Shown here: positions 46,403-55,345 of the stretch, in pieces
Layout of the letters: every line of letters starts with the position of its first letter
Position numbering within the stretch: position 1 is the stretch's first letter
DNA from: a candidate division WOR-3 bacterium
Lineage (GTDB): Bacteria; Hydrothermota; Tepidihabitantia; SM23-42; JAOAFX01
Assembly (NCBI GenBank): GCA_037444665.1
Contig: JBBILZ010000001.1
Location: forward strand, 25,434 to 89,433
Direction of reading: 5' to 3'
Length of the DNA: 64,000 nucleotides
Position numbers and translations under genes: made by a program
The notes under the pieces: generated by a model
What the model was told of the DNA's origin: nothing
The model's database searches: none
Seen by the model: the letters and a program-made list of their open reading frames with translations, nothing else

Positions 46403-49342
46403 TTACTTCACGAGTATGAGTTTGTGGCTTGCAGTCTTTGCTTCGGCTTCAAGTATCAAGAAGTAGACACCACTGAGCACTGAACGGCCGCTATTGTCCT
46501 TGCCATCCCAGTACACGGTCTTGGCACCTGCAGACTCAAATGGACGGTCAACAAGTGTCCTGACCAATCTGCCAGCACCATCATAGACCTTCAGCGTGAC
46601 ATGGCCATTCTTTGTTGTCGCATAAGAGATCGGTGTATAACCCTTTGTCGGATTAGGTATATTAGGTGCAAACCCGAACTTGAGCTGTGATATTGGTGTG
46701 TTCGGTTTTTCCTGAACACCAGGGACTAAACCAGTATGGAAGACCTCATGGTCAGGTATGTATGCACCACTATAATAACCACTCGCGACAAAGACACCCA
46801 CATCGCCGGCAGCGGTCAAGGTGACTGCAACTGGTGATACATTACCCATTGGGTGCGGTTTGGGCTTATTCCAGTTGGTCCAGGTATTTGTATATGGGCT
46901 ATATGACCAGGTCTCGTCACTTGCGCCACCTGAAATCTGACCGCACACGACCCAGAGCTCTTTATTAACATGGTCCACACCACTGGGCACACGATAACGG
47001 CCGACCATTCCTGGAATGGTTGCTGGTGAACCCCAGGCAATCTGGGAGCAGTTGTTCGGATTGATGATACCTACGATGTAGTCATTGCGATAGGTTGATG
47101 AACCATCATATCCACAGGCGACAATAGCAAATGTATCAATCACACCACCTGCAGCACAACCCCTGCCAACACCGGTCATTGATGTTGCCTGGGTCCAGGT
47201 GTCAAGATATGTATCATAGAAGTAGACATTGGTATGAGGTGCGGGTGATCCACCCCAGTTTCCACCGCCAAATGTAAAGATCAATGAGTCTTTGTAAACA
47301 CCACTGACCTGATCCATATTTCCCATAGGACAGTTAGCACCACTTGACCACTGATTAGAACCCGGGTCATATATATCAACCCTCGTAAGGGCTGTTGGCC
47401 AGGCATCAGTACCACCGAGTCTGTAGTATTTTCCATTTACACCCTGGGCAGTTCCATAAGCACCACAGCCATAAGGATTTGTTGGACCCGCAGTCCAGGA
47501 ACCAGCAGTAATATCATATATCTGGGTCTGGTTAGTATAACCACTAGTAGTTCTAATGCCAAAGACCATATATTTACCATCATTTATGGTCGCCATTGAA
47601 TGTCCTGAACTTGGTGATGGGAACTGGGCAGAGAGAATCTCCCAGAATGTCGGATTGACCGTGGAAACCTGTGTCAATGTATCATTTACTGGATTCACAT
47701 CTCCTGCCATTACAGTAAATGCCTTTATTGTGTAACTGATACCGGTCGTGCCACAGCAGGTCCAGTTCGTGAATGTAATGGTCGTATCTGCGCCTGCATT
47801 GAGTGTAATATTCTGGGTCTGGTTATAGACCAAAGTCCCTGAAGAGTCAATCTGGAAATAAACATCAAATGTTTCGTTGTTATTTCCATAGTTTCTATAG
47901 GTTGCACTTGGAGTATATGTGGTATTGGGTAAGAGGTTTGTTGGTGGTTGATTAATAGCAGTCGTTCCCACATCATGCTGCGCTACATAGAGTTCGCCAT
48001 TGATTGTCACATTATCAATCGCTCCATACCACATCCAGCCACCGCCATCATCATAATATGCATAGACCTGTAATCTTGGATAGGTTTTATATGCACTCAC
48101 ATCTGCTGAATCCCATCTTCCAGAAACATCAGCAGTATAGGTCATTAAAGGCACAACATGCCAGGTTGAGCCATCAAAGTATTTGATACCGACTTCCAGA
48201 TACTCAGGGGTTCCAAGATAATTGAATGTCACACCCCATTTTAGCCAGTTCGTTGTGCTGTGGGGCACAATCACTGGAGAAAGTGCAGTATCCTGGAGTG
48301 GAGGTGCACTACTTCCTGCAGCATCATCATCAAACCAGAGACAGGAATCCTGTGCATTGGGTGGCATCCAACCTGTATGGAGATTGGAAGGTGCAACACC
48401 CCAGCCATTAGGGAATGCATAGGCACCGGTCTTTGTCCAGCCCTGCCAGCCGGTCTCAAAATCCCACCGAACAGTATCATTAAGTACGATACCCACATCA
48501 TATACCCAGATCTTATCCGGACCTGACTGGTCAAGGATATAGACATACTGGCCATCAAATGCACAGTCTGCCTCATAACCCTGGGTCTGACCCGGGTCGC
48601 ACTGCCAGACCGATTCTGGTGTTGCTGCAGGCACACCATTGGTCAGTCTGAATTGATAGAAATGGGATGGTGCTGCCTCTTCAGCCTGGAACATTAAGGT
48701 TGGTGCACTGGTTCCACTATAAGCACCACTGGCTCCGCAAGGATATTGGGGACGGCTTATTGTAGTCCAGGTACCGGTCTGGGATGGTTGGGCATATCCA
48801 AGAACATTGGAAGTCCAGTCTGTAGCATAGACTGCGTCATCAACACCATTGAAGTCAAGGCCTTCAAGGGTGCCGGATACTGTGCGATAGACACTCCCAG
48901 TTCCATTGGTCACATCTATGCGATAGATGGTATTGTTAAATCCTGCCATATACATTATGTTGCTACCAGCGTATCCAATACCGAGCCTGTATGTAGGGAC
49001 GCCTGAACCAAATGTCACTGAATCAATCTTTGTGCAGGGGGAATGTTTCTGAATCGCATACATCTTATTATAAGCACTATTCCACTGGGTAACCCAGAGT
49101 GCATCCCTTTCCCAGTCATAGGCAAGACCCCAGCAATAACCAGTTGCATTAATTGGACTCAAATCAATCGTATCAACCAAGGTTGGGGTTGACAGAGGAC
49201 CATTATAGGGCACACCCTTTGGATTACCTGGAACTTTAAACACATGGGATGGTACTGCACTCGGTGCTGATAGGTCATCATTGGCTCCGAATGCCATCGG
49301 TACCAACACCAGGATTAATAATAGATATGCTATTTTTTTCAT
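46403..49342 (-). CDS. large secreted cell-surface protein with Kelch/beta-propeller-like repeats and a T9SS C-terminal sorting domain
   Basis: Start set at MKKIAYLLLILVLVPMAFG, which has an AAGGAG ribosome-binding site. The ORF track has 49372. C-terminus SGVYFLILEAEAKTASHKLILVK, a T9SS CTD. Kelch-like GKYYRLGG and SLIFTFGG. The gene is visibly more GC-rich than its surroundings. Confidence 0.6.
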   Translation of the reverse strand: MKKIAYLLLILVLVPMAFGANDDLSAPSAVPSHVFKVPGNPKGVPYNGPLSTPTLVDTIDLSPINATGYCWGLAYDWERDALWVTQWNSAYNKMYAIQKHSPCTKIDSVTFGSGVPTYRLGIGYAGSNIMYMAGFNNTIYRIDVTNGTGSVYRTVSGTLEGLDFNGVDDAVYATDWTSNVLGYAQPSQTGTWTTISRPQYPCGASGAYSGTSAPTLMFQAEEAAPSHFYQFRLTNGVPAATPESVWQCDPGQTQGYEADCAFDGQYVYILDQSGPDKIWVYDVGIVLNDTVRWDFETGWQGWTKTGAYAFPNGWGVAPSNLHTGWMPPNAQDSCLWFDDDAAGSSAPPLQDTALSPVIVPHSTTNWLKWGVTFNYLGTPEYLEVGIKYFDGSTWHVVPLMTYTADVSGRWDSADVSAYKTYPRLQVYAYYDDGGGWMWYGAIDNVTINGELYVAQHDVGTTAINQPPTNLLPNTTYTPSATYRNYGNNNETFDVYFQIDSSGTLVYNQTQNITLNAGADTTITFTNWTCCGTTGISYTIKAFTVMAGDVNPVNDTLTQVSTVNPTFWEILSAQFPSPSSGHSMATINDGKYMVFGIRTTSGYTNQTQIYDITAGSWTAGPTNPYGCGAYGTAQGVNGKYYRLGGTDAWPTALTRVDIYDPGSNQWSSGANCPMGNMDQVSGVYKDSLIFTFGGGNWGGSPAPHTNVYFYDTYLDTWTQATSMTGVGRGCAAGGVIDTFAIVACGYDGSSTYRNDYIVGIINPNNCSQIAWGSPATIPGMVGRYRVPSGVDHVNKELWVVCGQISGGASDETWSYSPYTNTWTNWNKPKPHPMGNVSPVAVTLTAAGDVGVFVASGYYSGAYIPDHEVFHTGLVPGVQEKPNTPISQLKFGFAPNIPNPTKGYTPISYATTKNGHVTLKVYDGAGRLVRTLVDRPFESAGAKTVYWDGKDNSGRSVLSGVYFLILEAEAKTASHKLILVK

Positions 49343-49524
49343 TTCATCTCCTTTTTTTCTGCAAAAGAACACACCAGAATACTATTATTCTGGATATTTG
49401 GTTGTATTTTTTTTGCTATCACCCCCTTTCAATTTTTTTGTCATGTTTGTAAATTCTAATAACAATATATTATAATCAAAAAATGGAAAATGTCAATACC
49501 CATTTTACCCTCAGTTGTTATTCG

Positions 49525-49552
49525 TTGACAATGATAATTTATTGGCTATAAT
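49525..49552 (+). promoter_or_regulatory. promoter TTGACA-N16-TATAAT, leaderless (ATG 6 nt after the -10)
   Basis: Hexamers at 49525-49530 and 49547-49552, ATG at 49559. Confidence 0.55.
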
Positions 49553-49558
49553 TATCTT

Positions 49559-50569
49559 ATGCTAAAGGAATTGTGCGAAATATCTGGGGTAAGTGGTGAT
49601 GAAGATAGAATACGACTATTTATAAAAGAACAGCTCTATAAATATGTTGATGATTTAACCGAAGATGCCTATGGAAATCTTATTGTTCATAGAGGTAAAG
49701 GAAAAAATCCAAAGATTTTACTTGCCGCACATATGGATGAAGTTGGAATGATGATTACCAATATTGAAAAGAATGGACTATTGAAATTCAAAACAATAGG
49801 TCTGCGTGCCCAGTCCATTCTTGCAAAACGGGTAATTGTTGGTGAGAAAAAAATATCTGGTGTGATTGGACATAAACCAATCCATTTATCCCAGCCCACA
49901 GAAAGGAATAAATTACCTGAAATCAAAGAACTTTTTATTGATATCGGCACAAACTCACGAGAAGAAGCAGAAGGGTTTGTCCAGATTGGTGATTTGGCAA
50001 CATTTGATACAAAATTTTATAAAGATGGCGAGAATCTTTATGGCAAGGCATTTGATAATCGCATCGGTTGTTATGTGCTGATGAAATTACTACAGGACAC
50101 AGACCTGAGCGCTTATTTTGCCTTCACTGTCCAGGAGGAGTTAGGATTAAGAGGGGCAAAACTTGTGGCATATCGGGTTAACCCGGACATTGCCATTGCG
50201 GTTGATACAACAGGAACAAATGAATTGCCTGAGGAAAAGGATATACCAATATATCCTGCCCTTGGCAATGGACCAGTATTGACCATTTCTGATGCAACAA
50301 TCATCTGTGATAGAAAAATTATTAAATTAATTGAAAATACAGCAAAGAAACATAATATAAAATACCAGTACAAACAACCAATGATTGGAGGTACTGATGC
50401 AGGGGTAATCCATCTTGCACGCGAAGGTATCCCTTCTGCTGTGCTCTCAATACCTGCACGATATATACATTCTCCATTATCAATCGCCTCAATGAAAGAT
50501 ATTAATAATACCATAAAATTATTAACCTTCACCATAGAAGAAATTTTAAGGGGAGTAAAATGGAATTGA
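49559..50569 (+). CDS. M42-family aminopeptidase (FrvX/YsdC-like), copy 1
   Basis: 336 aa with HMDEVGMM and the M42 domain organisation. Confidence 0.75.
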   Translation: MLKELCEISGVSGDEDRIRLFIKEQLYKYVDDLTEDAYGNLIVHRGKGKNPKILLAAHMDEVGMMITNIEKNGLLKFKTIGLRAQSILAKRVIVGEKKISGVIGHKPIHLSQPTERNKLPEIKELFIDIGTNSREEAEGFVQIGDLATFDTKFYKDGENLYGKAFDNRIGCYVLMKLLQDTDLSAYFAFTVQEELGLRGAKLVAYRVNPDIAIAVDTTGTNELPEEKDIPIYPALGNGPVLTISDATIICDRKIIKLIENTAKKHNIKYQYKQPMIGGTDAGVIHLAREGIPSAVLSIPARYIHSPLSIASMKDINNTIKLLTFTIEEILRGVKWN

Positions 50570-51555
50570 TTAAAAATCTCACTGAAATTTATGGTCCTTC
50601 AGGACGGGAAGATAGGGTCCGTATGCTGATAAAATCAGAAATAAAAAAGTTCTGCAAAAATATCAGGACCGACGCGCTCGGTAATTTGATTGCCCACATA
50701 CCAGCAACTGGTAAAAAAAATGCAAAGAAATTAATGTTCTGTGCGCATATGGATGAAATCGGTCTAATTGTAAAACATATTGACAAACAGGGGTTTCTGA
50801 GATTTACCAGCGTAGGCGGTATCTTTCCCGAGAAGATTTTACATCAACGCGTAATCTTTGAAAATGGTGTGACCGGTGTTATTGGTGTAGAAACAAAACC
50901 AGAAACGCCAAAACCACCAACCATTGATAATTTTTATATTGATATTGGAGCAGATAATCAGAGCCAGGCAAAGAAATTGGTCCAGATTGGTGATATTGCT
51001 TCATTTTATCAACAAGCTGAAATTATAAATAATAAAATTTTCTCCAAGGCACTTGATGACCGAATAGGCTGTTATTGTCTCATTGAAACAATGAAAAGAT
51101 TAAAGAAGAACTCTTTTGACCTCTATTTTGTATTTTCTACACAGGAAGAAGTGGGTCTGCGTGGCGCCCGCACCAGTGCCTTTAGTATTAATCCAGATTA
51201 CGCAATTGCAGTTGATGTCACGGCAACAGGAGATACGCCTGAATCACCCCAGATGGCAGTGAGTATTGGTAAGGGTGTCGCCATAAAGATAAAGGACAGT
51301 GCATTTATTACCAGTACTATTATCAAAGATAAGATCATAAGCTATGCCCAGAATTTTAAAATTCCCTATCAATTAGAAATCTTAGAGCGAGGCACAACCG
51401 ACGCCGCGATTATTCAATTAATTAAAGAAGGAGTATTGAGCGGAGTCCTGTCCATCCCGACCCGCTATATCCATTCACCAAATGAAGTGTGTGACCTGAA
51501 TGATGTCAGTGCAACCATCAATCTTTTACAAGTTTGTGCGGAAAAGGGTTTTTAG
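50560..51555 (+). CDS. M42-family aminopeptidase, copy 2 (tandem paralog)
   Basis: 331 aa with HMDEIGLIV. Overlaps copy 1 by 10 nt. Confidence 0.75.
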   Translation: MELIKNLTEIYGPSGREDRVRMLIKSEIKKFCKNIRTDALGNLIAHIPATGKKNAKKLMFCAHMDEIGLIVKHIDKQGFLRFTSVGGIFPEKILHQRVIFENGVTGVIGVETKPETPKPPTIDNFYIDIGADNQSQAKKLVQIGDIASFYQQAEIINNKIFSKALDDRIGCYCLIETMKRLKKNSFDLYFVFSTQEEVGLRGARTSAFSINPDYAIAVDVTATGDTPESPQMAVSIGKGVAIKIKDSAFITSTIIKDKIISYAQNFKIPYQLEILERGTTDAAIIQLIKEGVLSGVLSIPTRYIHSPNEVCDLNDVSATINLLQVCAEKGF

Positions 51556-51561
51556 CAATTA

Positions 51562-52314
51562 ATGAAAAAAGGATATTCAATAGTATTCAGTTCTACAAAT
51601 TCCACAACCTCCCGACATTTTTTTCTTTCCCGCAAAATGTTCTTTGCAATTGCTTTTATACTTTCCCTTATATTAATCTTTATTATTTTCGGACTCGTAA
51701 AATACAGTGCCCTGTCTTATCGTATTATTGAGATGGAACTATTAAGAAGACGCAATGCAGAAATGGAAAAGGAGTTTAGCAAACTTGAAGCAATCAAGAA
51801 GAATTTAGAAATTGCGCAAGCAGAAAATCAAAAAATAAAGGCAATGCTGGGTATTGATAAATCACCTGCTGAAGTTACGCCTTCATTTGAAAAAATTGAG
51901 AATAAATACGAAAAAGAGATAAATGATTCAAAAAAAGACGAAAACCTTCCTTATTTATTACCGGTGCTTGGCCAAATCTCAAGAAAATTTTCTGAAGCGC
52001 ATAAGGGTATTGATATTGCTGCACCTATGTATTCACCAGTAATCGCTGCAGCAGGTGGCAAAGTTGCCTCTGTTGGTTGGGATTCACTCTATGGAAATTA
52101 TATTATCATTGAGCACAGTGAAAATTATAAAACTTTTTATGGACATCTCCATTCTATCCTCGTAAAGTTTGGTGATGTGGTCTCTGCTGGAAAAATCATT
52201 GGCTCACTTGGGTCAACAGGTAAATCAACATCTCCGCACCTCCATTATGAAGTAAAAAATCAGGGACAATCTGTTGACCCGATGGTTTATTTACCTACAA
52301 GGTCAGAAAAATAG
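51562..52314 (+). CDS. M23-family peptidoglycan metalloendopeptidase
   Basis: N-terminal TM or signal sequence and a coiled coil. M23 motifs HKGIDIAAP and GSTGKSTSPHLHYE. Confidence 0.7.
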   Translation: MKKGYSIVFSSTNSTTSRHFFLSRKMFFAIAFILSLILIFIIFGLVKYSALSYRIIEMELLRRRNAEMEKEFSKLEAIKKNLEIAQAENQKIKAMLGIDKSPAEVTPSFEKIENKYEKEINDSKKDENLPYLLPVLGQISRKFSEAHKGIDIAAPMYSPVIAAAGGKVASVGWDSLYGNYIIIEHSENYKTFYGHLHSILVKFGDVVSAGKIIGSLGSTGKSTSPHLHYEVKNQGQSVDPMVYLPTRSEK

Positions 52315-52323
52315 AGGAGGTTT

Positions 52324-53280
52324 ATGAAAGCATTAATTACTGGCATTTCAGGATTTGCTGGCAGCCATCTTGCAGACTATCTTTTATCGCTTAATAACTT
52401 TGAAGTCTTTGGAACAATTAAGTGGCGGTCAAGGCTTGATAATATAAATCATCTCCTTGATAAAATCAAATTGTATGAATGCGATATTAGAGATGCGTCA
52501 GCCATAAAATATGTGGTGAGCGAGGTGAAACCAAACTATATATTCCATCTTGCTGCCCAGAGCTATGTGCCCTTTTCCTGGCGTGCACCTTCAGAAACCT
52601 TATCAACCAATATCCTCGGTGAATTAAATCTATTTGAGGCAGTGAGGGAGTTAAAGATTGATGCGTCTATTCACATTGCTGGCTCAAGCGAAGAATATGG
52701 AATGGTCTATCCTGATGAAATACCGATCAAGGAAACAAATCCATTAAGACCATTGAGCCCTTATGCAGTAAGCAAAATCGCCCAGGATATGCTCGGTTAT
52801 CAGTATTATAAAAGTTATGGAATAAAGATCATTAGAACCAGGGCATTCAATCATACTGGTCCGCGCCGCGGTGAGGTCTTTGTCACTTCTAATTTTGCCC
52901 GACAGATTATTGAAATTGAAAAAAAGAAAAGACAACCAGTAATTTATGTTGGCAATCTTGAAGCAGTAAGGGATTTTCTTGATGTGCGTGATGTGGTCCG
53001 TGGTTATTATCTTGCTCTGAACAAAGGAGAACCCGGTGAAGTTTATAATATCGCATCAAGTAAAGGCGTAAAAATTAAAGAACTTCTGGACTTAATGATT
53101 AAACTGGCTCATCTTAATCTCAAGGTCATACAGGAGCCGTCCCGTATGAGACCTTCAGATGTTGAACTGCTCGTTGGTTCAAATGAAAAATTTAAAAAGG
53201 CAACGGGCTGGCAACCTGAAATACCATTTGAAAAAACGATCCAGGACCTTCTTGATTATTGGCGGTCAAGGATAATATGA
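52324..53280 (+). CDS. NAD-dependent sugar epimerase/dehydratase (GDP-mannose-4,6-dehydratase-like SDR)
   Basis: GxxGxxG ITGISGFAGSHL and the extended-SDR catalytic YxxxK. Confidence 0.65.
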   Translation: MKALITGISGFAGSHLADYLLSLNNFEVFGTIKWRSRLDNINHLLDKIKLYECDIRDASAIKYVVSEVKPNYIFHLAAQSYVPFSWRAPSETLSTNILGELNLFEAVRELKIDASIHIAGSSEEYGMVYPDEIPIKETNPLRPLSPYAVSKIAQDMLGYQYYKSYGIKIIRTRAFNHTGPRRGEVFVTSNFARQIIEIEKKKRQPVIYVGNLEAVRDFLDVRDVVRGYYLALNKGEPGEVYNIASSKGVKIKELLDLMIKLAHLNLKVIQEPSRMRPSDVELLVGSNEKFKKATGWQPEIPFEKTIQDLLDYWRSRII

Positions 53281-54209
53281 AACGGATTCTGGTCACCGGT
53301 TCTGAAGGTTTTGCCGGCTCACATTTAATGAAAATCTTAAAAGAATCGCTCAATATCATAATACCTACCTGTTTTCCCTTATTAAAACCGAAACATGGCA
53401 AATTCATCAGCCTTGACATTACTAATATTGATATGGTGCGCGAGATATTTAAAACACACAATCCAGACATAATTTTCCATCTGGCAGCAGTAAGTTCTGT
53501 TGCCAAGTCGTTTCTTGACCGACCATTTACTTATAATACAAATGTAATGGGGACAGTGAACCTGCTTGAGGCTGCGCAATCATTAAATAAAAAAATTAAG
53601 TTTATTTTTATTTCTACCTGCGAGGTCTATGGTGGTGGAGAAAATTTAAAAGAAGATGCTCCCATCGTTTTGAAAAATCCCTATGCCGTAAGTAAATATG
53701 CCTGCGAACTTATCTGTAAAGAATACACCAGTTCAAATATTGAAATTATAATCTTAAGACCATTCAATCATACGGGTCCTGGACAATCTGATGATTTTGT
53801 TGTTCCTTCTATTGCACGACAGGTTGCCGAGATTGAGCAGGGTAAAAAGATACCCTTGATTGAATTGGGCAATACTCAAATAAAAAGAGAATTTATGGAT
53901 GTTATGGATGTGGTGCTGGCTTACAAACTTGCCATTGAAAAATCTCTTGTTCCGGATATTTATAATATTTCTTCAAATAAAAGCCATTCCCTTGCCGATA
54001 TTATTGAAATTTTCAAAAAAATGACCCGGGTTAAATTTGATATAAAGATTGACCCATCACGCCTGCGCAAAACCGATATTCCTATCCTCACTGGTAACGG
54101 AGAAAAATTTTCACAATTGACTGGCTGGAAACCAAAAATAAAATTAGAAAAGACCATAGAAGACACACTGAATTATTGGCGGGCAAAAGTGCAGGATACT
54201 AACAAGTAA
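53277..54209 (+). CDS. NAD-dependent sugar epimerase/reductase (SDR), second copy
   Basis: Start at MKRILVTGSEGFAGSHL, whose ATG overlaps the upstream TGA. The ORF track starts at a TTG at 53259. Confidence 0.65.
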   Translation: MKRILVTGSEGFAGSHLMKILKESLNIIIPTCFPLLKPKHGKFISLDITNIDMVREIFKTHNPDIIFHLAAVSSVAKSFLDRPFTYNTNVMGTVNLLEAAQSLNKKIKFIFISTCEVYGGGENLKEDAPIVLKNPYAVSKYACELICKEYTSSNIEIIILRPFNHTGPGQSDDFVVPSIARQVAEIEQGKKIPLIELGNTQIKREFMDVMDVVLAYKLAIEKSLVPDIYNISSNKSHSLADIIEIFKKMTRVKFDIKIDPSRLRKTDIPILTGNGEKFSQLTGWKPKIKLEKTIEDTLNYWRAKVQDTNK

Positions 54210-54253
54210 AAAGTAAACCGATGTGCTTTCCTTTGTAAATAATCATTTTTACT

Positions 54254-55345
54254 ATGAATATTCTGGTAATTAACTGGCAGGACTGGCAAAATCCTTACGC
54301 AGGTGGTGCAGAGGTCTATTTTTATGAAATATTTTCGCGCCTGATCAAAAAGGGGCATAAGGTAATATTGCTCTGTAGCAGAGGGCAAAAACAAAAACGA
54401 TATGAAATTGTTGATGGTTTTGAAATTTTTCGTATCGGGAGAAGATCAAATTTCAATTTTTTTGTGCCGTCTGCGCTGCGTGCATTAATGCGACACAAAA
54501 AGATTGATGTAATAATTGATGACCAGAACAAAATCCCTTTCTACTCACCACTCTTTACTAAAAGCAGAAATCTTATTATGATTATGCATCTTTTTAGAAA
54601 GGCAATATTTAAAGAAACAAACTTTATCTTTGCAAGTTATGTATTTATTACGGAACGACTCATTCCACTACTTTATCCCCATTCACATTTCATTGCAATT
54701 TCGCAGAGCACTGCCGGTGACCTACGCGCTATGGGAGTGAAGAACAAAATCTATGTTGTCTATAGCGGGATACCCAAAATTACAATTAAAAGTAATGTGC
54801 CACGTCAGAAAAATCTCATTGCTTATGTGGGAAGGATTAAAAAATATAAATCCATTGACCATCTTCTGTACGCTGTGCACAATCTCAAAAAAGAATATCC
54901 AGTAGAATTGACCATTGTAGGTGGGGGCGATGGCCTGTTAGATTTGAAGAAAATTGCCCAGAGATTGAATCTTGCTGTTAATTTCAGGGGTTTTGTAAAA
55001 GAAAATGAGAAATACGAGGTATATCACCAGGCACGCATTGTAGTCCAACCCTCTATCAAAGAAGGTTGGGGGTTGACCTCAATTGAAGCGCAGGCATGCG
55101 GAACCCCTGTCATCTGCGCCAATAGTCCAGGTTTAAAAGAAACAGTAATTGATGGAAAAACAGGCTATTTATATGAATATGGCAATATCCCTCAATTGAC
55201 CGATAGAATCAAAGAGTTACTCATTGATGATGAAAAATGGAAAAGTTTTTCAAATGAAGCACAGGAATGGACGAAAAATTTTTCGTGGGACAAAGCCGCA
55301 GAAATGATGGATAAAATCCTTTGTGCAGAAATGGAAAATCTATGA
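54254..55345 (+). CDS. glycosyltransferase family 4 (GT-B, GT1/GT4-type)
   Basis: C-terminal EGWGLTSIEAQACGTPVICANSPGLKETV. Confidence 0.75.
   Translation: MNILVINWQDWQNPYAGGAEVYFYEIFSRLIKKGHKVILLCSRGQKQKRYEIVDGFEIFRIGRRSNFNFFVPSALRALMRHKKIDVIIDDQNKIPFYSPLFTKSRNLIMIMHLFRKAIFKETNFIFASYVFITERLIPLLYPHSHFIAISQSTAGDLRAMGVKNKIYVVYSGIPKITIKSNVPRQKNLIAYVGRIKKYKSIDHLLYAVHNLKKEYPVELTIVGGGDGLLDLKKIAQRLNLAVNFRGFVKENEKYEVYHQARIVVQPSIKEGWGLTSIEAQACGTPVICANSPGLKETVIDGKTGYLYEYGNIPQLTDRIKELLIDDEKWKSFSNEAQEWTKNFSWDKAAEMMDKILCAEMENL

Noticed and set aside
49559-54209. Tandem duplicated M42 peptidases and tandem SDR epimerases as something unusual
   Set aside because: Paired M42 paralogs are common, and paired GDP-sugar dehydratase/reductase genes are standard in glycan clusters. 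They are ordinary.
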